DNA of 63,096 nucleotides, the filler included, from Octopus bimaculoides (taxonomy: Eukaryota), in assembly GCF_001194135.2 (NCBI RefSeq). It is 6 parts of 5 records of this genome, joined end to end, with 100 filler letters (N's around TTAATTAATTAA, not from the genome) between each part and the next. Parts side by side here need not be neighbours in the genome. Positions count along the whole stretch, not along the records: positions 1 to 27,498 come from NC_068993.1; 5 more parts are not named here. One strand, 5' to 3'. Shown here in pieces: positions 1-12,290 of the stretch (its first letter is position 1; each line of letters begins with the position of its first letter). Made by a program: the position numbers and the translations under genes. Below the pieces are notes generated by a model that did not search any database, was not told the origin of the DNA, and saw only the letters and a list, made by a program, of their open reading frames with translations.

Positions 1-31
<31 letters not shown>

Positions 32-1234
32 CATATGAATATATATACATATCCACATATATGTGTATATGAGTACGTGTTTATATAATATATACACACA
101 CATATCCTATCTACGTGTTTATGTGTGCGTATGTGTATGTGTGCGTGTGTATATGCATACATACATACATACATACATACATACATACATACACATATAC
201 ACTCTTAGCCTCTTACCTTCGCTTGCTCGTTTCTTTCTTCTTCAACAAAGTAATTCCCTAATTACGTACCTGTTTATTGTTGCTGTTGTTGTTGATAACG
301 TTGTTGTGTTTGCTGTTTTTGTTGTAGGTGTTGCTTTCGTCGTTGTTGTTCATATTGTCGTTGTTGTTGTTGTTGCTGTTGTTGTCACTGTTTAAATCTT
401 GCCTCGAACTCTATATTTTATAATTAATTTTTCGATGTCTTTATCAACAAGAGGTGACACAATCCCATCAACACACACAAACGCACACGCGCGCGTACAC
501 ACAGACAAGTATACACACCCATGTATATATGCACATGCATTATCATGTTCTTATAAGAATAAATATGTAAGCATACATGTTCACTCATATTTACACACGT
601 TCACTGATACATAAATACGCACACACACACATGCATATTCAGAAAAAAGCAAACAAGTGCTTCATCCATACCTGATACATACATACATACATACATACAT
701 ACATACATACATACATACATACATACATACATACATGCTTACTTTCATACACACATATGTGCATATGTATATATATCCATACATGCAACATCAAAATTAT
801 CTGAAATTTAATGAATGTAATGTTCACAATTTCTATGTTCAAATTTGCTTAATAAAGCTTCTAAAGTCACTTAACATAGTTACGTATTTACACCCTTTTA
901 CATACATACATACATACATACATACAAGCATATATGCATGCATGCGAATATACGCACACACGCATACACACACATATAAATATGCATATATATATATATA
1001 CATATACATTTATACATACACATATATATTTGTATACATACATACATACATATATATATACATACATATATATATATATATATATATGGGTGTGTGTATG
1101 TATTTACATATTGATGCATTGCTCTATATGTAAATCACTCGTATTTAAATTTATATCTGAACCTACCTCATTCCATCTATGTTTCTTACACATTAACACT
1201 CACATATACATCCATGTAAGGCCCTCCCCCGCAT

Positions 1235-1270
<36 letters not shown>

Positions 1271-1778
1271 ATCCTCATACGCACATACACATACACATAT
1301 ATGAGGCTTTCAAAGAGAACAGTATGTATACAGAGCGAGTGTAAGGATTTTGCACCTTTGTGAAATGTATACGGTTTCATTAAAAGATGGAGAAGAACAT
1401 CGATTTAATTGTTCGATTCTCTGTCTGATAAATTATTTCATTTCTCATTAGGCTGGAGCAGCTACAAAATGGTTGTCAGATCTAGTATTCACCTCGTTCT
1501 TGCTTATACTGCTATTTATGTTTCGTTTCGTTTTGCGATCGTCAATGTTATATTGCTTTATTGGTTTCGTTTATCAATTTTTCTTGACTATTTCCTGTTA
1601 TTATCCATCCTTGGTCACGTTATGAATATCATTTTTCTTTTGAATTTCACTAAGTTCGTTCATGTATTTAAACCTCTTTGAATGAATTAATTCGTCCAAT
1701 CAGTTTAAATATGTAATTTGGTGATGTGAAAAAGTTAATGAAAAACATTGCAGAGATAAACTTAAAGAATTTATTGAG

Positions 1779-1998
1779 TGCGAGGGCGTGCTGAAAAGTT
1801 CCTAACTGTGAGTAAGAGAAAATATATAGTAGGATCAGGTAATTATGATTTTATCCAACATATTTCTCTCTGAAATCACAGATATATAGCAGCGGCCCTT
1901 CAGTTTTTCTAAGGCCTGTAATAGAACTGGGAAGTTTGTGCCTCCAAGCAGGCCTTTCGTGATACCCTTAAAGCCAGGGACTTCTCAGTACCTCCTCT
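1779..1998. mobile_element. Tc1/mariner-type MITE, copy 1
   Basis: Terminal inverted repeats CGAGGGCGTGCTGAAAAGTTCCT ... AGGGACTTCTCAGTACCTCCT; the interior aligns by eye with 6387-6610. Confidence 0.65.
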
Positions 1999-2266
1999 TT
2001 TATAACGATGGTAGAGTGTGAGAAATGACAATGACGCAATATAAACGCTCTCTAGTTCTTTTTAATGTTTCTTGACGTATTTAATTTCAAATTCTGCTCC
2101 AGACGATTAAGCATTGCTTTTCTGGGTCGATAAAAAATTATCAATCTATGCCTCATTCTTATTTTGATACTATGCCATGTAAATACCATTAATTAAATTA
2201 TCTTTATAAGTTCCCAGTTCAAAATCTGCACTGTATGTTTCAATTTCGTCTACGATCAATAATATA

Positions 2267-2468
2267 GCTTATTTTCCGGCATACAAATTGACGTGGTATA
2301 TAGTGCAAGCATGTAGTGTAAACATTCAAATATTATCCCTATCATTCTAAATCCCGCAACACCGTAGCTTTGGTCCTCGAAAGTGGCCTTGGTGTATAAG
2401 TTGACCTACCCGTTTTAGCTGCAAATTTAGGTCAGAAAAATTTGACTTGTATGCAAGAAAATATGGCA
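2267..2468. mobile_element. Decayed pogo/Tigger-like MITE
   Basis: Imperfect TIRs: TATTTTCCGGCATACAA ... TTGTATGCAAGAAAATA. Confidence 0.45.
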
Positions 2469-3074
2469 AGTATTCTAAACTTGTCTAGTTAAGTGTGTAA
2501 CCATGTAAGACAGATTTTAATATTTCTTATATCGACCGACCACAGTTGTCGCCTCTGTGTGAGACTGTAAATACAATTTTAGCAGCAGTCCCTGATTGTA
2601 GAAAATCCACTTCTTAGCTGAAGTGTGAGCCATAGACCTAAACGTGTATTATTGGTCAAGTGAAAAATACATATGTTAAAGAAAAGTGAATCTGTTTGAA
2701 ACCAATATTTAGCCGTTGTCACTACTGTTTGAAAATGATTGATATAAATGTAGTTAGTTATAGACATCAAAGAACCATATGAGATCATTCATGTTGTTTC
2801 GGAGTCAGATATATTTTTCAGCAAAATATTAATTCCTAACAATGTCTTAAATTTCTGGATAATGAAGAGTCAATTATCGATTATTACTTTATTTTAGCAA
2901 CCCTAGATGGGTAAACATTGAAGTCAACTTTGATAGTATCTGAAATCGTATGGCAAAGATCCGTTATTATATACGATAATGCATTCCTGCACTACGGCCC
3001 CAACGGATTCTGCCGAAGAACCATTCTCATTAAGTCTTTAAATTATTTTCTAATTTTGGCATGAGACAAGTAAT

Positions 3075-3190
3075 TTTGAGGGAGGGAAAATTCGATTACA
3101 TTGACCTCAGAGCTCAATTTATACTTATTTTATCAACCCTGAAAGGATGACAGGGAAAGTCAATCTCCGTGGCATTTGAGCTCAGAAAAT
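3075..3190 (-). mobile_element. tRNA-derived SINE with Deu/Nin-like central domain, partial
   Basis: Degenerate match to the repeat family at 20068-20285 (TCGATTACAT...TTATTTTATCAACCCTGAAAGGATGA...TTTGAGCTCAGAA). Confidence 0.65.
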
Positions 3191-3561
3191 AAACTTTACT
3201 GTTAATTTTCAACAAGTCTACCATCGTTAGAAACCAAATTGTAATATTCTCAAGTTTAAAATATCATTGTGATATTAGTTTTGAATTTTACCCGACTCAC
3301 CTTAATTATAGTAGTCTGAAAAACAAAGTTTAGTTGAATTAATAGGTGGTATCATTTTCCATTTATATAACGTTGAAATATTTACTATTTTTTTAAAATT
3401 AATAAACTATTTAGCCATATTTTTTGTTGATATCAGTAGATATTCTTCCCAGATTAATAGTATCATATTTGGAACTAAACCGCTTAAAATCTCAATATAA
3501 AATCCAGAATCTAATCTGTGTATTTGTGTGTGCGCGTGTGTGTATTGAGATAGATACATAG

Positions 3562-3595
<34 letters not shown>

Positions 3596-3809
3596 TGAGA
3601 GAAAGAGAGAGATAGAGATAGAGAGAGAGAATATGTCATTCTATAATATATAGTGCCATATCATTTTAGGGGAGTGTTATTTTGTAGATAGCACAATCAC
3701 CGATTCTAATTTCTGTTTCAGCTTATGGTTTCACATCAAGTACCTATAAGCCCGTTTTATAACTTGATTTAACAACAATATTTTCACTGTAGTATATGTA
3801 GTTTTCATG

Positions 3810-3990
3810 TTACCAGCTGTGGGATGAAGTTAAAATAATAGACAGGGAACAACACTGGAAAATACGAAAACTAAAAGAAGCAGCACATATGCTAGGACAC
3901 AACAACCTCCTAAGCAGACCGAGTGCAGATATGAATAGCATATGGGAACCGGTATTGAGGAAGGATAGAAAAATAATAGATTTATAAGCC
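3810..3990 (+). mobile_element. Penelope-like element, 3' end of the GIY-YIG endonuclease ORF
   Basis: Manual translation YQLWDEVKIIDREQHWKIRKLKEAAHMLGHNNLLSRPSADMNSIWEPVLRKDRKIIDL* resembles the C-terminus of PLE endonucleases. Confidence 0.7.
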
Positions 3991-4020
3991 TTAAAATTCA
4001 CTACATAATTGCCCACGGGC

Positions 4021-4290
4021 ATATGGCGTAGTGGTTAAGAGCGCGGGCTACTAACCCCAAGGTTCCGAGTTCGATTCACGACAGCGACCTGATTAATAGT
4101 AGTAGTAGTAGTAATAATAATAATAATAATTCCTAACGATGTTACTACATCGTTAGGAATGAGAACCCAGGTTCGAAATTTTGTGTTAACAACAAACAAG
4201 ATGAGAACAAATATCCGTCAAATGTAAATAATGTAAATAATTCCTCATTTCTTAAATATAGCCTCATTTCTTAAATATAGAACTGTATTT
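4021..4290 (+). mobile_element. tRNA-headed SINE
   Basis: A box TGGCGTAGTGG (4024-4034), anticodon-like stem GGG-CTACTAA-CCC, B box GAGTTCGATTC (4067-4077), then (TAG)n/(TAA)n and a non-tRNA body. Confidence 0.7.
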
Positions 4291-4735
4291 AGTTACGCTC
4301 CTATAACTTCGAAGAGCAAGACACGCCGAATTCAACTCTATATCTCATTCTTGGTCAGTAAGTAAAATAATTCTAGTCAGAAACTGGTATATATTCAGTA
4401 ATTTTAAACCATGATCCAAAATATGTATCCATGTCTTTTACGTCAGAAATCAATAACGCTATATTTCTCTGTGAGATAGCTGAGACCAACATGATTAGGT
4501 AGTGTCTTTCGTAACTTGAGTACTTTCATTAATGTCTCATAAAGTTTATGATGCTTATGATCATGAATGGGACATTGCAGTTTCTACCTTGTGAAATTAT
4601 ATGGGCAAGGGACTTTAGGACGCAGCCGTTTTGGCGCTGCCTGTTTGTCGTAACCGATTCGACGTTAACTTAATTGACAATAGACGTTTTAGTGTTTACT
4701 TCGATTTGATGTTTCTCTCGTTCACTCTCCTCCGC

Positions 4736-4769
<34 letters not shown>

Positions 4770-5167
4770 GATTATATATGTTCCTATTAGTGTTTGTACG
4801 TTTGTGTAATACATCGCTCTCAATCCGACCTATCTCACTCTCTCCAACATGAATATGCATATATCTGTGCGCACATGCGTAGGTGCACGTGGCCAAAACA
4901 GATTGACTGTCCAGTCAGTCGCGCTAAATTGTCAGCGCCCAAAAAGCTACACCCGATTGTCATTACCCATAATTATATTGTCGTAGTATATAGCATAGCC
5001 GGAAATTTTGTTTTCTGAAGCTAATTCTGACATTTAGCTTCATAAAATAAAACAAAAAAAAAATCCTTCATCTCATTTTATATAACACAAAATTTTGCTA
5101 AAACCTTTCACAATATCAACATATGCAGCAACACATATGGATCATTGATGTCTTACAATTATCTTTT

Positions 5168-5395
5168 ACCTTTTACTTGTTTCATCCACTAAACTTAGGC
5201 CATGCTGGGGCATCATCGTGAAGAATTTTTAGTTGAATGAATCTACCACTGTGCGATAGATGTTATTAACCGTGGTACTTATTCTATCGGTCACTAATCA
5301 AGAACCGTTAGATTACAGCGGCGTACACAAATTACCACCGATTGTCAAGCTGTGGCGGGGGACAAACACAGACATAAAGACACACACAACGATAT
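5168..5395 (-). mobile_element. SINE-like interspersed repeat, family B
   Basis: Reverse complement resembles 5870-6100 and it matches 12095-12290 (TTTTACTTGTTTCA...GGCCATGCTGG). Confidence 0.7.
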
Positions 5396-5869
5396 ATATA
5401 TACATACATATATACATATAATTGTATGTATGCATGTATATATATATATATATATTTATATATATGTATGTATGTAAATATTGATATATGTCTGTATGCA
5501 TGTCTGAATACATACGTGTATATGTGGGTGTGTACATACATACATGCACACGTTTGTTGTCTCGAACAAGAATAAACGAACTCATGTTTGCGCATTAATG
5601 CTTATGTATGCCGGCTGGCTCAGTAGCATATGTATATGTATGTATATNNNNNNNNNNNNNNNNNNNNNNNNNNNNNNNNNNNNNNNNNNNNNNNNNNNNN
5701 NNNNNNNNNNNNNNNNNNNNNNNNNNNNNNNNNNNNNNNNNNNNNNNNNNNNNNNNNNNNNNNNNNNNNNNNNNNNNNNNNNNNNNNTATATATATATAC
5801 ATGTGCTACTGTAGGAGTGGTTATGCGGTAAGAAACTTGCTTCTGAACCACATGATTTCAGGTTCTGTC

Positions 5870-6100
5870 CCACTGCATATGGGTCAGTGTGTGTGTTTGT
5901 TCTCCCACTATCGCCTGACAACCGATGTTGGTGTGTTTGCGTCCCCATAACTTAGCTGTTCGGCAAAAGAGAACGATATAATAGGTACTAAGCTTACAAA
6001 GAATAAGTCCTGGGGTAGATTTGTTCGACTAAAGGCGATACTCCAGCATGGCCGAAGTCAAATGACTGAAACAAGTAAAAGAATCAAAGAATAAAAGAGT
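5870..6100 (+). mobile_element. SINE-like interspersed repeat, family B
   Basis: CCAGCATGGCCGAAGTCAAATGACTGAAACAAGTAAAAG followed by an (AAAGAAT) tail; inverted relative to 5168-5395. Confidence 0.7.
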
Positions 6101-6129
6101 ATGTATATATATATACATACATATATACG

Positions 6130-6260
6130 ACGAGCTTCTTTCAATTGCCGTCTATCCACATGATTTTGTCAGGCCCGAAGCTATAGTACGAGACACTTCC
6201 CCAAGGGACAATGCAGTGGGACTGAACCCAGGACCATGTGGCTGGGAAACGAGAGTAGCT
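6130..6260 (-). mobile_element. Decayed SINE fragment
   Basis: GACACTTCCCCAAGG...GGGACTGAACCCAGGACC reads as a reverse-strand B box plus conserved SINE core. Confidence 0.5.
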
Positions 6261-6386
6261 AAAATTTCAAAAATATGAAATTACACAGCGCCACTTATAT
6301 TCATTCCAAACAATGTTATGACAGACAGTAAGTAATCTGTCAAAGTGCGCCATCTTGTCTCACTGAACTAACTAGAATATCCAGTA

Positions 6387-6610
6387 TAAGAAGGTGTGCA
6401 GAAAAGTTCCTGGCTTAGGGTTAAAAAAAAAACACAGGAAGATCAGCTAATTATAATTTTATTCAAAACTTTCGCCTCTCAGATTCACATATATATTCCA
6501 TTGGTCATATAGATTTCCCATGCTCTGCAAAAGAAGTCGGATTGTTGTGTCTCCAACAAAACCTTTTGCGACACCCTCAAATCCAGGAAATTTTTAGCAT
6601 TTGCCTCGTA
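6387..6610. mobile_element. Tc1/mariner-type MITE, copy 2
   Basis: TA-flanked TIRs GTGCAGAAAAGTTCCTGG ... CCAGGAAATTTTTAGCATTTGCCTCGTA; similar to 1779-1998. Confidence 0.65.
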
Positions 6611-7096
6611 CATACTAGAGATGGATATTTCATGTCCAATATAAGTCTCATACATTCAGAAATTTGTTCACAACAAAATTTCTACACAACGAAAATGTTA
6701 GCATGACCTCATGGTACTGACGTCATCTCAAGGATTTTTAATGTATCTGTAAGTGACTTGCAAATTATCTCTGGCAGAAATAATTAATACACTTAGCATA
6801 ATCGATGTAGGCATTACGGATTACATCTGAGTGGACAAACAAGAGATTAAATGTTTACAATAGACATTTCGTTATAATATCAATACTTACCAAGCGCTTT
6901 AACGATAATAGCGGCAATAAAATAATGAAGAATAGATGTTGGATTCATCTCCCTTATCATTTTTCTCTTTCTGGAAGAAATCGGCTGTAGTCAAACATAG
7001 AGATGCGGGAGCACCGCTTGGTCAAAAGATACACGAGACAAGATATATATCACGATGGAGCTCCTACAACTCCTCCAAAAGTTATGTATGTATGTA

Positions 7097-7134
<38 letters not shown>

Positions 7135-8122
7135 NNNNNNNNNNNNNNNNNNNNNNNNNNNNNNNNNNNNNNNNNNNNNNNNNNNNNNNNNNNNNNNNNN
7201 NNNNNNNNNNNNNNNNNNNNNNNNNNNNNNNNNNNNNNNNNNNNNNNNNNNNNNNNNNNNNNNNNNNNNNNNNNNNNNNNNNNNNNNNNNNNNNNNNNNN
7301 NNNNNNNNNNNNNNNNNNNNNNNNNNNNNNNNNNNNNNNNNNNNNNNNNNNNNNNNNNNNNNNNNNNNNNNNNNNNNNNNNNNNNNNNNNNNNNNNNNNN
7401 NNNNNNNNNNNNNNNNNNNNNNNNNNNNNNNNNNNNNNNNNNNNNNNNNNNNNNNNNNNNNNNNNNNNNNNNNNNNNNNNNNNNNNNNNNNNNNNNNNNN
7501 NNNNNNNNNNNNNNNNNNNNNNNNNNNNNNNNNNNNNNNNNNNNNNNNNNNNNNNNNNNNNNNNNNNNNNNNNNNNNNNNNNNNNNNNNNNNNNNNNNNN
7601 NNNNNNNNNNNNNNNNNNNNNNNNNNNNNNNNNNNNNNNNNNNNNNNNNNNNNNNNNNNNNNNNNNNNNNNNNNNNNNNNNNNNNNNNNNNNNNNNNNNN
7701 NNNNNNNNNNNNNNNNNNNNNNNNNNNNNNNNNNNNNNNNNNNNNNNNNNNNNNNNNNNNNNNNNNNNNNNNNNNNNNNNNNNNNNNNNNNNNNNNNNNN
7801 NNNNNNNNNNNNNNNNNNNNNNNNNNNNNNNNNNNNNNNNNNNNNNNNNNNNNNNNNNNNNNNNNNNNNNNNNNNNNNNNNNNNNNNNNNNNNNNNNNNN
7901 NNNNNNNNNNNNNNNNNNNNNNNNNNNNNNNNNNNNNNNNNNNNNNNNNNNNNNNNNNNNNNNNNNNNNNNNNNNNNNNNNNNNNNNNNNNNNNNNNNNN
8001 NNNNNNNNNNNNNNNNNNNNNNNNNNNNNNNNNNNNNNNNNNNNNNNNNNNNNNNNNNNNNNNNNNNNNNNNNNNNNNNNNNNNNNNNNNNNNNNNNNNN
8101 NNNNNNNNNNNNNNNNNNNNNN

Positions 8123-8164
<42 letters not shown>

Positions 8165-8193
8165 CATACATACACACACGCACAAACACTCAT

Positions 8194-8229
<36 letters not shown>

Positions 8230-8594
8230 TTATATTACAGAGAAACAAATACACATATGTATGTGCATATGTGTGTATGCATATGAATGTGTGTGTGTAA
8301 TCTAGAGATATAGTAGTGCGTAAGTGCGACCAAGATTCTAGGATCTTATTAATATACATGAAAGTTGACCAGTATATTATATGAACAAACATGAAAGGTG
8401 TGGTTGTCTGAAGGCACAATGCAAATAGTTTGGAATCTATAATTCCCCTGTCGACATGATGAAAATAATAACATAATTTACAGCAATGTTGTATGTAGTG
8501 TAAACATACATGTCACGTAGCTTGCAACGTTTTTATAGTTTTATTTTTACATATATTTAAGCTAATTTTGTGTGTGTTTGTGTGTGTATGGATA

Positions 8595-8629
<35 letters not shown>

Positions 8630-9536
8630 GTGTGTGTGTGTGTATGTATGGATATATATATGTGTGTGCGTGTGTGTGTGTGTGTATTTGTGTAATTGTG
8701 TGCGTGTAAAAACATATGTATACATATATAGTTAGATACACACCCATACACATACATCCGCGTATGTGAGCGTATATGTCTGTTTTTTTTTTTGTGTGTA
8801 TATTCATATATGTATGATATATACATATATGCCTGCATGCATATTTGTATACATATATATAAAGATAAAGAAGTTTCTATATATTTCATTACATACATAT
8901 ACATATATAAAATTTATTAGATATATATATTTATATATATGTATGCATGTATATATATATATATATATATATATGCGCACATCAATACATAAATGAATAA
9001 ACTCATACAAATATGCCATGTAAGCACTCAGATTCGCGCGCGTATATAAACAACGTCAGCTGAAACAAGGATTATCTTTTCAGTAATATAACGTTTTCTG
9101 CTGATATAAACATTAATATATCTTAGTCTCTAATTCGTTATTGAAATTTGCTATTGCTTTTGTTGTTGTTTTTTTTTTAAATAAATTCTCTGTTATTTGT
9201 CCCAATGAAAAAACAAACAGGCTTATACATATTTAAACAAAACTACATTCATTGATGTCTATAGTTACACAGTATACGAGTGACTCCGATGCCACTGTAC
9301 ATAAAAGCATTACGTCATCCTTTAAATAATGTTTGTTTTCCCTATGTAACAACATATTAAAGGAGGGTCACAAATACACCTACATATATATATATGTTTA
9401 TATATATGCATATATACATATATTTATGTATGTATATCTGTACATACACATGAATGTGTATTTGTATGTGTGTTTGTAAGTGTAAGTTCATGTGTAAATA
9501 AGAAAGATATCTGAAGATAATTACTAATTGTTTCAG

Positions 9537-9623
9537 ATCTTACCACAAATACAATGAGAAATTAGTGTACATAGCCAATCAAAGCACCATCCAACATCAT
9601 GTGGAACATCGTCGACAACATGA
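9537..9623 (+). CDS. Putative internal coding exon of an unidentified host gene (SYHKYNEKLVYIANQSTIQHHVEHRRQH)
   Basis: Branch-like TACTAAT, acceptor TTTCAG, 87 nt (multiple of 3), one open frame only, donor GTAAGC, non-repetitive sequence; no homology recognised. Confidence 0.45.
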
Positions 9624-11000
9624 GTAAGCAGGCATCCTTGAAATCTTCGATGAAAATGCATCTATGAGGACGTGTGTTTATTACATGAAGCTCTTTTATA
9701 TGGGTTCTTTTATAACATTATATACACAAAATAAGTTGCGAACGCACAGCATAGCACATGGAATAGGAAAGGAATAATTTGTGGTATAAACCAGTATTTA
9801 ACCTAGCATTAAGAACTAATGTAGCTGAAGCACTCCTTATTTTCATTCATTATTAATTTCCACCAGAACATAGGTATATTAAAATATTAAATAGGAAAAT
9901 TTCGCTTACCATATGAGAATTTATATTGACTCAATGTGGAAGGAATAAAAACGGGAAAAGTACTTGCTACAAATGCGATGTAATGTTTGCTTGAATGAGA
10001 AATTCAGAAATTTATTTCAAGGAATTACTTGTTTGAACAAAAGATCTGAATTGTTTTTAAATTCTATTCATGGAAATAAGTATTTTTTTGTATAATTGCT
10101 AACTTTCTGTCTTTTAATTCTAGTTCGGGGAGAACATATATTGGTTTGGAAGTGTTAGAAAAATACTTTTATAACATTGCTTAAACACCAACGCATTTTC
10201 GTAAGAGATCATTTCTTACGATGACTTCCCTTTTGTGGAATTTTAAAAAACGAATTCAAGTTTAAAACATGACCTTTGGAGTGGTTCAAAGAGACCAGCA
10301 GTGAAGCGGAAACCATGAGCTTGAAACGGTCGTATTTCTATGAATCGTTTCCATACTTCAAGAAAACCATACAATTCAAGATTTCTTGATAGCTTTTGCA
10401 TAATATTTCAAAATATATTCAAACATCAGATAATCCATGAGAAACTTGGATTATCAGCAACATGAACGGAAACTTAAAACTGAGGGTCGTGGGAGTTATG
10501 ATCCTTTCAGTTTTAATATTTTAATGAATACTCTACATTGACCTGGAGAAACGACTAGTATAATTTATTAGTACTTTTCAACACCTTATTTTCCTCTCTC
10601 CTGAATTCCACGCACGTTTGTTGCCACAAGGCTTCCATCTCGCACGCCATCTTAACTTAACTTGTCCTTTTAGTCGAATTACACCTGTTGTTATTCTCTT
10701 GGTGTTTGCATTTGTAATGATGTAACATTTTCTCCATTTTCTCGTTTTTTTTTTGTCTCTGTTGTCGTGCATTTCACATACATTCTTCCAAAGATTGAAT
10801 GCTCTTAGCTTAGATTTTGGGGGCCTACCAATTTTAAACAGTCTCAAATGTAACAGGCCGAAACCGTAATGATGATTGGAAGCTTGACTGATAAACAGAG
10901 GGCCACGAAGAATCCGTCCTGGTTTTCTTGTACGTCTTTGTATCGTCTATTTGTCCGTATGTTGTTATTGTCATACGTTTACGTTCGTATTCCGATTTTT

Positions 11001-11082
<82 letters not shown>

Positions 11083-12042
11083 TAACAAATAATTACCTCT
11101 GGTTATTTATCTTTATGCTGTTTTATACTAATCCTTCAACTTCATTTTGGTAATTTTCTTCTATAAGCCAATTTATGTGATAGTTTTATTGTATTTAATT
11201 TCATCTCATTTCATTCGAGGATTTATTCCAATATCTATACTTCTCATTCTGTCATTGAATCATCTTTTCGTTTTAACTATTGGTAATTCTATTACTTTTT
11301 TATTGAAATATTCTATTCTTTTTTTATAATCTAATGTATTATCTAAAAATGAATTTCTGTCTTATTTTTGCAGTCGATAAAGACCGGAAACGTGAAACTA
11401 ATAATTGTAGATTTTCTGTCAGTTAGATTGCAAAAGAGATTCACTGCACGCCACATTTGTAATAAGTACTTTCTACATTGGTTTTAAATGCAAACTCCTA
11501 TCTATCTATCTATCTATCTATCTATCCATATGCATATATATGTATATGCATATATATGTATATGTATATATATGTATATGAATATATATATATATGTATA
11601 TGAATATATATATATATATATATNNNNNNNNNNNNNNNNNNNNNNNNNNNNNNNNNNNNNNNNNNNNNNNNNNNNNNNNNNNNNNNNNNNNNNNNNNNNN
11701 NNNNNNNNNNNNNNNNNNNNNNNNNNNNNNNNNNNNNNNNNNNNNNNNNNNNNNNNNNNNNNNNNNNNNNNNNNNNNNNNNNNNNNNNNNNNNNNNNNNN
11801 NNNNNNNNNNNNNNNNNNNNNNNNNNNNNNNNNNNNNNNNNNNNNNNNNNNNNNNNNNNNNNNNNNNNNNNNNNNNNNNNNNNNNNNNNNNNNNNNNNNN
11901 NNNNNNNNNNNNNNNNNNNNNNNNNNNNNNNNNNNNNNNNNNNNNNNNNNNNNNNNNNNNNNNNNNNNNNNNNNNNNNNNNNNNNNNNNNNNNNNNNNNN
12001 NNNNNNNNNNNNNNNNNNNNNNNNNNNNNNNNNNNNNNNNNN

Positions 12043-12088
<46 letters not shown>

Positions 12089-12094
12089 ATCTTT

Positions 12095-12290
12095 TATTGA
12101 TTCAGTCTTTTGACTGCGTACATGCTGGCGTCGCCTTGAATGGTTTTAGTCGAACAAACCAGACTCAGGATTCCTTGAAGCCTATCGGTCTTTTATGTCG
12201 AGCCGTTAGGTTACAGAGCTGTTAACACATTACCGCCATTTGTCAAATTCTGGCCGTGGGCGTGTAAACACAGACACATAGACACACACA
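12095..12290 (-). mobile_element. SINE-like interspersed repeat, family B
   Basis: CTTTTATTGATTCAGTCTTTTGACTGCGTACATGCTGG matches 5168-5395. Confidence 0.6.

Noticed and set aside
63-1380. Long ORFs rich in YI/HT/CV (also at 7-9, 31, 40, 48 and 59 kb)
   Set aside because: They are translations of (TA)n, (CA)n and (TACA)n microsatellites, or of N runs that lack stop codons.
2617-2650. Hammerhead-like CTGAAGTG...CTAAACGTGTA, and a minus-strand CTGAAAA...CCGAAAC near 2795-2825
   Set aside because: The core has mismatches and there are no convincing stems; this is expected by chance in AT-rich DNA.
4021-4092. tRNA gene (anticodon-like ACT)
   Set aside because: There is no acceptor stem closure, and it runs into a repeat body, so it is a SINE head. 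The same applies to 47680-47750.
4610-4960. MITE with GCCGTTTTGGCGC / GCGCCCAAAAAGC ends
   Set aside because: The inverted match is too short and imperfect to support a call.
10845-10880. GGCCGAAACCGTA (and 11372-11400 GATAAAGACCGGAAACG) as hammerhead remnants
   Set aside because: The CUGANGA core is absent.
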